Shown: positions 25,228 to 38,150 of the stretch, one piece after another
How the letters are laid out: each line of letters opens with the position of its first letter
Numbering within the stretch: the first letter of the stretch is position 1
Assembly: GCA_011109175.1 (NCBI GenBank)
Contig: RDEW01000023.1
Span: 556,089-620,088 of the forward strand
Direction of reading: 5' to 3'
DNA from: Dicyema japonicum
Taxonomy: Eukaryota; Animalia; Dicyemida
Length of the DNA: 64,000 nucleotides
Notes under the pieces: generated by a model
The model's database searches: none
Told to the model about the DNA's origin: nothing
What the model saw: the letters and a program-made list of their open reading frames with translations, nothing else
Translations under genes and position numbers: made by a program

Positions 25228-28200
25228 ATGAGTACGAAAATACCGAAGATGATAATGACAACAACAATCGAGATATACAAATACCTGGTGATCTAACAGA
25301 CTTTCAAGCTTCTGTCCACTTATTTCAGTTAATTTACGACCGCAGGGGTGCGAGAAAACGATGATTATCTGAAGCATCCGTAATTTTAAGAGATTTTTGT
25401 TTCAATAAATAACAGGAAAATCCTGAATATTACCAAATTATCACAAATCCAATGGATATGAAGTCGGTCGCCTGAAGTATTAAGAAACGTAATAAATCCT
25501 TTTCAGAAGTTGTGAGTGGTCTAAAGCTTATATTTGACAACGCCATGTATTACAACGAGGCTGAACTCCCAAATTCATAAAGCACTATATTTATAAATGA
25601 AGGATGCCAATACACTAAAAACACAATTTCCTCTTTATTGATGACCCACATGCTATAATTTGAACAGAGATCCCTCTTCGTTCTATAAATTGGTAGCTGA
25701 TCTTCAAAGCAGTGATGAAGACGGAAAAACAGATGACGAAGAATGCAATAGTTCTGATTCCCTAGGTCCCTTAGAATTCGTCCTCTCACAGAAGTTTGCT
25801 TCAGCAAATTATTTTTCTCATTCAAAGTCGGATCGCTGAGTTGTATAAACTTTAAACATTGTAGTCCAGCTCCGTGTTAAACGAGGGAAAAGTCACTAAG
25901 GAAATGGATAAATTTAGTAAACAAAAATTTCGAAATTTGGGAGAAATGCGTGCAAAATTTTCATCATTTTTGGAAAATAACCCAAGTCCTGACTTTAATT
26001 TCTCCCTTTCTTCTGAAGCTCAGAGATTATTTACCGAGTACGATCGCCTCTATACAAAACTGAATGACACATTTCATCACCTTTTATTAGTACAGGGAAT
26101 TTTTAGTTTTAGGACATTGAAGAGTCTACTATTTTGCATATTCAGAAAATCCCCGAAAAATCGAAGAATTCTGATTATTAATAAGTTGTAGAAACAAGCC
26201 AATTGATTGAAAATGATTTTTTCTAGGATTAACGGGTAGAGGTACTCATTGGCTGTATTTGCAGTATAACCACGTGGGTGAGATGATCAACGATTTCAAA
26301 TTACTGATAAGAAATGTCAGAGTCTATAACGGGCCAAAGTTTCAAATCGTTCAGGATTTTATTGTTTTTCTGATTGACTGGAGAAGTTCAAATCTTCCAA
26401 AAGTTCAAAAATGAGGTTATTTAAACAAAATATCCAGAATTGATAATCAAAACTCAGTCCAGTCTGCCCTCTCTATGCTTTATGAAAATCTCACATCTTT
26501 GACTGTTGACGATAACCGACGATTGTTTATTCCCTTCAAGACCCTTCATTCAAAAATTGTAATATTGATTGATAATTTGTAAAAATTTAGGGAATACTAC
26601 GAATTAATATCCCAACCTATCGATTTAGGGACAATTAAAAATAACATTTCTATTAATTACTATGCAAAAATTGAGAATGGGTTCAGCGATTTTAAGAAAA
26701 TGTTGGACAATGCACTCTTTTTTAATGATCTACGCTCTCAAATATACAGGGATAGGACTGACGACTTAATCTACGATACTTTACAATTATACCATCCACT
26801 AGTGGAAAATATTTCACATTATTATATGCAAACAAGGTTATTGCCTGATCATCAAGTCGAAACTTTTCTAGTCTTTGTAGTAATTTTCGTAAACTTATAA
26901 TCTAAAGGTGAAATTATCAGATAAATACTAGGATGAGGAATCTGTGAATTCAGATAGTCTGTCATCAAAGGAAGTGAGTTTTACACTGATTTGTACGATG
27001 ACGAATTCGACGCCTTCTCCAAGTCTCAGATATTAGAGCACAAGTAAGTAATATTCTCTACTTAGAAATTACTTAAGTTGGGATAAAAAATTGCCAAACG
27101 TTTATTTGAGGTATTAAGATGTATTATTTTAGGGATTTTACCGAAGATTGGATGCATTTCAGAATGATATACTCTCAACCATAGAATACAGCATTAAATT
27201 CTCACAGTCAGAATCGATGGTTGCTTGTTTTGTAAAGTTAGATGTATAACTATTCAATCAAACTAAGAAAATTCTACTATGATTGTAGAGACAAAATAAC
27301 TGAGAAAGGGAAGGTGCTATGGTCTCCAGCATTGAAGAATACCGCCTCGAATGATTCGCTTTTTCTATCAAAGGCAGATTCTGGAATAGAATTAGTATTA
27401 TTGCTTATATACTCCAGGAGACGTTCCTGTCAATAAGCCTTAATGGTGACTCTTATTCTGTAGGGGATTACGTATATATCAGATTAAAGTTAGTCTTGTA
27501 GTTATCCCAGTACAGGACATAAACGAATTATGCTGATTTTTAATTTATTTAATTATTCTAACACGACTTTTGCCATAGGACCCACATTTTATAACCCACA
27601 TTAAGTTTTGAAGATGTGTGAGGAAATTGGGAGTTTAAAAGCTATGCATCAGGTTTTTGCTTTGTTTTATTCCAAGGAGGTTTTCAAAGCAGTTGAGAAT
27701 TCTGAAATATCTGTTCAGTTTTTTGAGGGAAAGTGTTTTATTTTATACATAAATGATTACTATAATTTGTACCCACAAGTTTGAACCGTGTATTTACTGT
27801 AGAATTTTGATAGTGGGGATGTGTTTATGTGTGAGTTCTTATTCAGTTCAAAGAATAAAAAATTTATAAAAATTGATGTTTTCACTTTGTTTTATATTTA
27901 GAATTGGGATACTATTTCTAGTTCTGTGCAACTCATTCAGAGGAATACTAGTGTGGACAATTTTCGTCATGATTTCAATTCCGAGTCTTTTTCTTACATG
28001 TCTAATGTATTACTAACCTTGTATGTCTATTTTAATATATATTCGAAATTAATTGAAAGAAAGCAGCACTACATTAAAATCAACGGTCCATCTTTGATGG
28101 GACTTTTAAGAATTGGATGGTTTTATGTTCATTTCAGGCTTTTATTACTTGATCAGAGTAGGGGATGTGGATAAATATATTTTGTGCGAGCAAATTTGAA

Positions 28201-29338
28201 TGTTTAAAACAGTTTGTAATATTTAGTGAAGAAAATGGTGAAACCTATATTGAAAGAGTAATATATGATTTTATGCAAAATTATGTGTCTTCTAATTTGT
28301 CTCCTAGTGGATTTTTTAAAGTAATACTAACGTCTTTTCGACATCAGTATTTACTCAAGCATGTTAAGTGACGAGTTGATATTGTTGGATTTAACAAATT
28401 CTGTTCATGTATGTTTTTGACTTTATATTAGCTAGATCAACTGAGATCCCTAATTACAAGTTTTATTGTGTCGTGACGCTGTTCACAATGATTTGATTGT
28501 CCCTCTTCCTAATGATTACAATTTGCCAAAGAATTTTGGATTTGAATTTAATGCTTTTATCAAACAAGAAGAAATTTTTCACTTCTCGGGACCTTTCCCT
28601 TTTCTGTACAATTAATGTTTATTTTCTCAGCAATTTGTTTCCTGTGGTGAAATGAATAGCGTTTATGCTGCAGATGCAGTGATGCCGATGACTATATTGC
28701 CAAATTCTTTTAGTAATCAACTCTATGGGCATAATTTGGATGCTACTATAAGTAATTGTGGATTACATTGTTAGATACCCCCACATCTTTTATGCCAAAG
28801 AAACGAAGATGAAGGAAAGTTCATAATTTAATATTAAGTGGCAGATTAAATGATTTCTGAGGCATCTTTAGTTGCTTATTATTTTATTTGAATATCAACC
28901 ACCTCCCTCGCAAATTAAAAAAAATTATCTGATTCAGGTTCCCCTGGTTTTTCTATCCAAGGACAAACTCATTCTGATTTCCAATCACGGATACCTAATC
29001 TTTCTGTTTGTGCGAACACTTTGATGTCGAATTATCCATGTAAAATGAACGTCACTGACGAATCCCTTAAGTCTCAAGTGCGCCCTGAATTGTTGGATGT
29101 TTATAGAAAATTTATAGAAATAATGAAAAATAAGAGAAAATTATTAAGCGATTGGGATTCCTATTTGAATTTTGGTATTAGAAACCTTAAGCGTCCAATT
29201 GATGCTCATGTTGCTGAAATTTTGTTACAACAAGATTTGGGGGGATTGAGTCAAGAACAACTTGCTGTTAAATTGGTACAATATAGGGACCAGTTAATTG
29301 CAGATTTAATTAGTATCTCTTGTATTAATAAAATGTAA
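25228..29338 (+). pseudogene. PBRM1: Polybromo-1 (BAF180) pseudogene: at least 4 bromodomains, 2 BAH domains and C-terminal domain, micro-introns retained
   Basis: NPMDMKSVA*SIKK...LIFDNAMYYN; SQPIDLGTIK...MLDNALFFN; YRRLDAFQ...GKVLWSPAL; SVGDYVY; KEVFK...GKC...DVFMCE; YRKFIE...LSDWD...QYRDQLIAD. Multiple in-frame stops and frameshifts. Confidence 0.8.
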
Positions 29339-30479
29339 TCTTTATTTTAAAATATGAATTAGTATGCAGTTCTCTTGATTGAGCGAATTATCACTTGCAA
29401 TTTGCAAGGAAATGGTTTCGATTAACTATACAATTAATTAACACAGCCATCCATCCAAAGTGAACCACGCCGACAATATCGACAATATCTATAACCGAAT
29501 TGTGTTCATTAATTTCCAGTTCAGTTCGAAAGGAATGAGCTTTTCTAAAATTTCCATAAAAACAGTTCTGTTGATTAAAAATAGCAGAATTCCTCCAAAT
29601 ATCCATCCCCACCCCTCATCTTATACAAACATTACGAAGAAGTAGTCTCTGAGTTTTCCAATGGGAATTTCAACCTATGGAAGTGGAAGGTATGGGATAT
29701 TCTATAAGGTTATAGAACAACCATTCTCTGAATCCCTCAATAATCGATTGCCATCAGAAACCTACTAGGTTTGAGGTGTATTAATGATTAGTCAGACGAG
29801 GAATCCAATATCCCCATAGTAAACAGTAGATTATATTTAGACTTATCCTATGTCACCCCGTGATATGACTCACTTGGATCCCTCTAATACTATCAAAAAA
29901 GATTAACAGTCACCACAGACCACGTGGATCTTCCCAATGACCCAAAGAAGGCCAGACTATCACCACAGCCAATGTGATTGTACCTAATATCAACTCTGAG
30001 TGCACAGACCATGAGGGTGTGCCTGATATCTCCACCAAATTCTTAAAATCGTCTTAACAATTTTGTAAAAACTCCTCAAATCCGAGAATAACGGAAAACC
30101 GACGGGACTTCAAGGTAGAACAGTCCTCTGTTGTGAAGGATTGAGAAGATACTAGGGCGTGATAAAGAGAAGATCTTAAGCCAATGGAATCTCTAGTTAT
30201 TAGAAAAGGTTTAAATTCTATGTTAACGGATTTCGTATTCCCGGAAATTCCGGAGATTTTAAACTTATGGAATTCATAATTAATTTTTTAATATTTTTAT
30301 ATTAAAGCTTCAAATCATATTTATTATTTAACTTAATTAATCACTTATTTCACCTAAATATTAAGTTTTTTACTGAAAACTCTAATTTTATAATTATTTC
30401 GCAGATTTATTGTTTTACTCTGTATAGTTTCTACCTTTCAACCTGCTTTGTATATTCATTTGATAAATTGTACATACAA

Positions 30480-31960
30480 TAATTTTATGTTTTTATTTTT
30501 TTTTGAATTTGAAACATTTTATAATTTAGAAAGAGGCTTGTAAATTGGCCAACGATTTGGAAAATGAAAATGAAGGTTAGTATGAAAAAAAATCTTTGGA
30601 AAAGATAGATGGTTTAGATTTGTAATAGTATTAGAAAGTAACAATTGGAAATACGGTAAACAGCAATTGAAACGTTGTTTTTAAATTATGATGGGGGATC
30701 TCATTACAATTGTTATTAAAAGTCTCTGTTTCCACATGCCGTGACCGGATCGATTATTTTACCTACAGCCTCTCTCCTGCAGAAAAATTGCAGTCAGATT
30801 TCCCAGACACTAGTTTTTGAACGAAGTCGTTAGGCGAGTTTTGGACAATCCCACTATGCTCGAACCAGTCGGTCTTTATTGGAGTTATAAGAAACAACCA
30901 GATGAGATTGAATCTTCCCTTTTGAAGCCGGGAAACCTCTTGTCTGGGACGTCACATGCACCGAAACGTTTGCCCCTTGCAACCTACTGGAGACTGTTCT
31001 GCATCTGAGAAGGCCGAGTAGTTGAAACGGGAAAAGTACGAAGTCCTATCAAGTATTTTTTATGTCTTCCACTCACCGTTGAGACGTTTGTTCCCTTGAG
31101 CCTGCGAAACGGGAATTTTTGAGTCGTCTAAGGAATCGTATTTTTAATGAGCACGAGATCCCCGTGACTCCTGCGGGTTATTTTAACGGGCTGCTTTATG
31201 ATCATTTGCTCTCTTTTCTTTCCTAAATAAAATATTTTTATTTAATAAAAATTTATGATTTAGAAATATTTATGAACTGAATGTGGAGTGAAAGATTCAA
31301 CAAAGGTTGAGACTTGATTAAGTTGATTGCTGAAAATGCTGAATTATGCGATCCCCATTACGAGGAAAAAATCATCTAGAAAATAAAACTTTTTAGTGAG
31401 TTTGATTTTTATTGTAAATTAGTTTTAAAAATTTTGCAATTTTCAAAATTAAAAATAATTCCTTAGAATTCTGTATGTTTGAGTTTCAATTGGCCTTTGA
31501 GTTAGCCGGACAGTAATTCAAGATGAGAGTTCTAAAATAACTAAAATTGAGTTTTTATATCAACCAGGTTTTGCAAAATATTATTTTAGATTATAAACCT
31601 ATTGATTTGGATATTTTCACGACGAATATATTAAAACGGGCTTGTAAGGCCGAAACCTCAGCAATTGGTTGAAAGCCGTTTTTCAATTTCTTTTTGTATT
31701 TTAAACTAATTTGTTTCTATTTTAGTTTATCTGTACTTCCTTTGTAATTTATTCGATATCAGTGCCGAGTACAACATGAAGTGAATTTCGACAATAAGTG
31801 ACCACATTGGTTTTTTAGGATTGCTGTGATTTTTATAAACTAAGAGAAACTTTCTGCAATCAAACTATTTCTTAGATTAGCGCAGGACAAGGATGAATTT
31901 TTTGATTTCTTCTATATTGAATCAATGTACGGATATTTTATATTTTGATTTGTAATAGTT
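30480..31960 (+). pseudogene. Possible decayed micro-intron-bearing host gene interrupted by a CRE insertion
   Basis: Several GT..AG 21-30 nt segments separate exon-like stretches (LIAENAELCDPHYEEKII; YKPIDLDIFTTNILKRACK); stops present; product unidentified. Confidence 0.25.
30760..31215 (+). mobile_element. CRE-like RLE/3' fragment
   Basis: LNEVVRRVL...MLEPVGL...KQPD...WDVTCTETFAP...EKAE*LKREKY. Confidence 0.7.
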
Positions 31961-32184
31961 TTCTAGTTTCTTTGATATTTTTGATGAATGTTCGGACGTT
32001 TTATATAAATGGGATAGGGACGTGTTACGTTGTATTGTTAATACAGCCAAAAATCCTACGGAGTTCCATTGACCATCTTTAATAGGTTTGACATATTGTC
32101 ACCTAAAAATACATTTTTTAATTTTTCAATTTCGTTTTTCGTTTAATTTTTGAACACCACGTGACTACATGAACTAAGATTAAC

Positions 32185-32400
32185 GCTTACTTACTGATCA
32201 CACCAAGTTGCAAGGTGATCGACAGTTTTTTTTGCTGAGTTACAATGTCCACATTTACTTTCTCCGTTATCAAAAAATATGTTACGATCTTGAACTAGAC
32301 ACAGCGTTCCATCGGTTATAGGGGAATAAATACCAAGCACAAGCCATCCAGAGAATTCATTATTAATCAAATTGATGATCAATGTCGCTTTCATTAATCT
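32185..32400 (-). mobile_element. R4/Dong-like zinc-knuckle fragment
   Basis: QDRNIFF...KCGHCNSAKKTVDHLATWC. Confidence 0.6.
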
Positions 32401-33000
32401 CTGAGACTATCCAATGAGCAAATTATGTTAATAGAGTCATCAAGTCCAATTGGAATTACCTTAATATTTGACATTATAGCGAATGATCTACCAATTCCAC
32501 AAGATTACAACGACATGTACAGTCTTATGCGGATGACATAGTCGTTGGGTGTGAGTATTACCGACGCGGAGTTACAGGACAGCCTGAACAATCTAAGTTT
32601 GTGACTTTATGGAAATCAACTTAGAGCAAGTCCATATAAGACCCTTTTAATGTCAAACAGAAGTCAAGAGGAACTATTAATTGACGTCTAGTTAGATGGG
32701 AAAACTTTCCGAAAAATAAATCCCATAATGTCGGAGTTACCTTCGACAGTTTCTTAATATTTTCAATCCACGTTGATAAGGTAATAACGGCTTATACGAA
32801 GAAAATTAACTTCATGAAGGCTTTGCTGGGAAATCTAAGAGACTCCAAAAATCTAAATGGATTTGATTTACTCTACAAGCAGTACAATGAACCTAAATTA
32901 ATTATGCATGTGCTGGTTGGGGGACGAAACTTGCCGTAATGAACATGACTAAAATCTATAACCTTCAATCAAAGGAAATTGAGGAAATCTTTTGCAATGA
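32400..33000 (+). mobile_element. APE-type LINE RT core fragment
   Basis: SSPIGITLIFDIIANDLP, SYADDIVV, GVTFDS-like segment. Confidence 0.6.
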
Positions 33001-33279
33001 AATCCTGCCCATAAGCTTTGAATCTATAGTTAATGTGAGTGTGGCAAATTTTGGTAGAGGATTAGTGCGTTTGAATTTGGTCCTTATCTAGATATTCCAG
33101 TACACAGTCTGAAACTAGTAAAAGATGCCAAAACTGATAAGGATGGCGGGATTATCTGAATTTTTTCGTTTTAGTTATGACGGTGGTTTTCTGGTTCAAT
33201 AAATTTAATATCTAAAATCACTATTTAAGAAAATATACAATATCAAAATTTCTACCTCTTCTATCAAGAACCTACCCAC

Positions 33280-33640
33280 ATAGTCCCTTGAAGAAATTAC
33301 CTAGAATTCAGAGAGTATTCTTTTCACATTTTGTTATAACATTTTCAAACAGAATGACATATGAATGTCGAAAATCACCCCAACAATCTTTTGTGATTTT
33401 CTAACTGGAAAACACTATGTTTGTTTTTAAGTCGACCATTCGTCTTTCCGGTCTCTTGTATGATGTAAAGAGAACTGTAACTGACTTATCAGTTTTAGTC
33501 GATAGGTGGTTCTTCAGCAACCATTCGTTAAGGCGGTCCAGGTTTTGTTTCAAACTTGAAGTAACAATCTGGATGTCCTGATCACGTAAAGCTATGAAAA
33601 TGAAGTCGGCGTAACTGAAAGAATATCATTTTGGACTGCC
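33280..33640 (-). mobile_element. APE-type LINE RT C-terminal fragment
   Basis: SYADFIFIAL...LKQNLDRLNEWLLKNHL...KSVTVLFT...VGVIFD. Confidence 0.6.
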
Positions 33641-33899
33641 GATGTAGGGAGAAATTGTTAGAATTTTATTTTATGAATAATAATTTATTTTAATATAAAA
33701 TTGAATAAATATTCAAATAATGGAGGGAATGGCGGTTTCTTTTGATGTTGATAAAATAATGGAATTTTTCAATATCAATTATGGAGCAAAATTGTTTCCG
33801 AGTTGGATTTCAAATTGTGATGAGTGACTCATTACTTCATTTCAAGTTTTACTTAAGCTTCTTCCGTGATAGAAAACTCGATCAAAGGCAATCTAAATT

Positions 33900-34600
33900 C
33901 TACACATACTCCCTTAAGAGACATAATAAGAAGAAAAGGAGGCCAAACTCAACGATGCCAGAGGATCACTCGTCTACTGTGTGATCGAGGGAAGATCTGA
34001 TTTCAAGACTATTGAATTTGATTACAACACAATTTTAATGTTGATATACCAGCAATGGCTTGTATCTGATATTAAAAACTCCATAGAACCTTCCCTTCCC
34101 GATTATAACCACAAAAAAGACCTCATAAAGGAGCTCTTCTTAACAGGTTAACAATTTAACTAATACAGATAAAATCCTTGGTAGATGTGAGTCGTTCCCT
34201 TTACAGTCAGTACTCCCAAATAGAAGAAACTGAAGATGAATCTGGAAATTTTCTAAAAACAATTATTTAATGCTTTTAAAGTAGACTCACAAAAAACAAA
34301 TCTTGCTACGTTTGACTGACGGAACCGTAGAACTCAAGGCTACTGAATGTGACTTTATTCCTATATTGCCGACCGACTTTAGTCCTGGCAAAAAGGTTTT
34401 GGCTTAGTTTACTCTAGTGGTGATTTCCAGATCAATTCTTTGCAGAAATGGAATTTTACTGATGAGAAAGGAAAATATTCAAACACTTGAGTCCAACCAG
34501 GTCACCTCCTTCAAATATGCAGACTTTTTGAAACATATACAGTGCTCTTGCTTTAGATTCTTATGGATTGTGGAACAGAGGTGGGATTTGCTGCTGAAAT
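33900..34600 (+). pseudogene. Possible decayed host gene with 22-nt introns, unidentified
   Basis: gttaacaatttaactaatacag and gttttggcttagtttactctag join exon-like frames, but stops remain. Confidence 0.25.
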
Positions 34601-36499
34601 GATATAATATTGTTGCTGCTGCTGAAATGATATAATATTATATATATTTGCTATAATACAATATTGTTGCTGAAATGAATAAATTCAAGTATTCCACTTA
34701 TATAACTTAGAAATCCTCAGATTCCTGCAAAATCTGTGTATTATGATGTGGAAATTACGATAATCTACTTGAGACATTCGAAATTGCTTTTTCTGAGGAG
34801 TTCTTGTGGCATTTATTGAAAGGATAACATTTTTGAAGATACTGAGTTCCACTTTGATTTAACAGTGGACTTGATTTTGCAAGCTTGCTGTGAGGAGTCC
34901 CCATATTCCACTTTCCGTTCACATATATACCCGCGGTGAAGAAAATGGAGACGATTGAGGGGGGTGGAAGGTACTTTAAGGGTTAGGGTGGTGATGATGG
35001 TAGTTCTAAAATATTACCTTATTGTGAAAGTTGTCCAGTATTGGATAACTAGATGTTAGCTGGGTGTGAGGTTAAACGACTGGTGTGGGACTGCTTACTA
35101 TGATATGAATGACCATGTGTGTTTGTGTATGTAATTTGTAGGTAGAGATCATTGATTGGTTATTCTGCTGATTGGGTCGAGGTTGTTTGCTTTAATATTG
35201 TAGAGTCAATTTTCGATTGTTAAATGAAGAACTATCCTCAGTAAGATAAGGGGGATAGGATGAGTAATTTGTCAATTTATCAAACAAAACATAATTCTAT
35301 ACTATTAATTGTGGAAGACCGCTAGAATAGACAGTAAATATTTTTCAAACGAAAACTTTAAAAAAATGAGCCTTTGCCGTCATTTAATTTAAGAAACAGT
35401 GACCAACCCCGCACTAGACAATCCCAAACAGATAATTATTTGTTTAGCTACAATTTACTCCCACAATATTTAATTTAGGAATTCAAACAAAAATGTACAG
35501 ATAATAATTTATTTTTCTAGCTATAAACTAAATGTTTATGGAAAATCAATTAAAAATCGAGAATGATTTATCAATTTTTTTACAAATATTCAACGACTAT
35601 TAATATTATAATGATTTATGGATTTCTCTACATATACAATTATGCATCACATTTACTAATATTGAGTAATTTGCTTCTCTCTCATCAGGAATATGACCAT
35701 ATTTTTTTATTTTAGATGGATTTTATTTACGAAGGTTTGGAATGTTATTTATTACATTAAGTATTACAGATAACTATTGCACGTGTTAGTTCACTATAAT
35801 ATATTTGATAATATTTTACATCCCCCATGACAGAAATTCCTTTGTTCATTCATCTTATTATTTCTTAATTTGTGGATACTGCACTTCAAAGCCGCGTGGA
35901 TGAAATAAGATACTTTGTCTATGGCTGCCAATCTCCCAATATCCCCGCACGTACTAAACACTTTGGGGAAGTCCTTTACAGTGGCTCAAAACGGAAGAGT
36001 ATGAATTATGAGTCCAAAACTTAAGTTGATGTACAATCAGTATTTAGAGTATAAGTCATCCTTCATTCCGTCTATCAATAATATTCCAGCGTACCCCCAG
36101 TTACCCGTGACATATTCTGTATCGCGGATAATATGTCCTTGAAGGAGAAAAGGGGACATGACCACTGTTGAAGATCACTTTGCACTCTTCAAAGATCTCC
36201 AGATTGTAGATTCTCGATATTATCAAATATTTCCTAGCAAGTTGCAGAGGAACTCGAAGGGAATTTAAGTCTGAATGACTTCCAGCACGAGAAATTGTGA
36301 CATTTCTTCCGTCAATCTCTCGCAAGTGCTTCATCGAGTCATCACATATTTTACAATTTAAATTAAAATTTAAATTAATTTTAATCACTGATATTAAATT
36401 ATTTTTTTATATTGACTAAAGGTTAAATATTTCTTATGAACTAGCCTCGATTTGTCAAAGAGATGAATGGGCCCCATATACCACATGCGCAAGAGATGC

Positions 36500-38150
36500 A
36501 TGGTTCAATGTATTGTCAATATATAGTGCTCAAAACAGTATGATTTCCGTTCTTCCAGAAGCCTGTAGGCATTTCAAAACATTGGTTTTTTTCGCATTCT
36601 GTTATAACGCTTTCAACATGGGGCGAAGCATTAAATTTGATGCGATAACAAGGCACAAATTATTGTCAAAAATAACTTAACTGAAGAGACTTTTTTCCTA
36701 CTCTGTAAATTTTGGGACACCTGAACTGTTTGGGCCCGGTACGATGTATTTCATCAAGATCAGCTGGCATGTTGAAATAACTTAACTGAAGAGACTTTTT
36801 TCCTACTCTGTAAATTTTGGGACACCTGAACTGTTTGGGCCCGGTACAATGTATTTCATCAAGATCAGCTGGCATGTTGAAACACAGAATCGAAAATCCA
36901 GAACTGCATAATATCACTTTCAAACATTAGTCTTGTGATTTATTCACTCCCAGTCCACTCAAGTGAAAGAAACCGGTCGATAACATAACAAGAACGTAAT
37001 TACCAGTTTTGCCTCACAAAATCGGATCCCTAAAGAACCTTCGACGTTTCCTACTTAGAGGAAACTCTCTTTTCAATTCCGGAGACAATATCTGAGCTTA
37101 CTTTGTTGAAGACCTTAGATTTGTCTGACAACAGCATCTCCACCATCCCGAGAAGCTTCATCTTTTCTCTAGCTGATGGGAAACTACTTAAAAGACGTCT
37201 GAAGACTTTAGATTTGTCTGACAACAGCATCTCCACCATCCCGAGAAGCTTCATCTTTTCTCTAGCTGATGGGAAACCACTTAAAAGACGTCCCAAAAAA
37301 CTTATTGAAGTCAAATTCGTCCATTTGTTTTTTGAATATTTAAGACAGAGTTCCGTCCAGAAGGCAATCAAAGGCTGTGTAAGGAAAGTAGATCTCTTAA
37401 TTCTTCAGGTCATCGGTCCTCCAAAGAGTGGGAAAACTAGCTTAGTTAAGCAACCTCATCAAACATAATTCAAAGTTTTTCCCTACAACAGACTATCACG
37501 ACGTTTGTGGGGTCTCAGACTGTTTTCGGCAAACAAAATACGTTTTATCTGTACGATGTGAAATTCCGGGAGGGCTTTGTAGAATTTTTGCAGTTGTACA
37601 AATCCTCTAAGGCTCTGATTCTGTTTGTATTCAATATTGATGACTTCAAAGACTCAACAGATCAAATCCACAGTTTACTTAGAATCCTTTACCTGAATTG
37701 TCAATATGCGAGACTGTCTCTAGTGGGAGCCACCTAAAATGAGAATAACCTGAATTGTCCAGATGCGAGACTGGCTCTAATGGGAGCCATTATGCATGGG
37801 AATAACCTGAATTTAAATTTGGCGGGGAATTTTGAAAATTCTGACTATTTTTCAAATGTAGCGGATTATTTGGAGGAACTAAAATTTCTATTTAAAGTAT
37901 CCACAGAAACGAGCTATCGAGTTCATTGGAGGACTATGGGGAAAACTCATTTATCGAGCTCACTCGGAGAAAGTCCTCAAGAATGAACTCAAACTGGTCA
38001 ACTGTGGACTCGTTATCACAAATTTCACGGATACCCTCTTTCCTTGGAGGGAACCTTTCGAGAAAACCTTGGAGCGAATCGAACATCTTGGTACCCATAA
38101 AGATGGACGGATATTCTCTCTTTATTGGGAACATGTCTTAAATCGTCTAA
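36500..38150 (+). pseudogene. Intronless LRR plus P-loop GTPase (Roco-like) gene, frameshifted
   Basis: LPHKIGSLKNLRRFLLRGNSL, LKTLDLSDNSISTIP, then LQVIGPPKSGKTSLVK and FYLYDV...LILFVFNIDD; several frameshifts and stops. Confidence 0.55.

Noticed and set aside
25360-25490. In-frame TGA codons in PBRM1 suggesting stop-codon reassignment or editing
   Set aside because: Intact genes use TGG for Trp and CFAP157 ends in TGA; the same locus also has TAA stops and frameshifts, so decay is simpler
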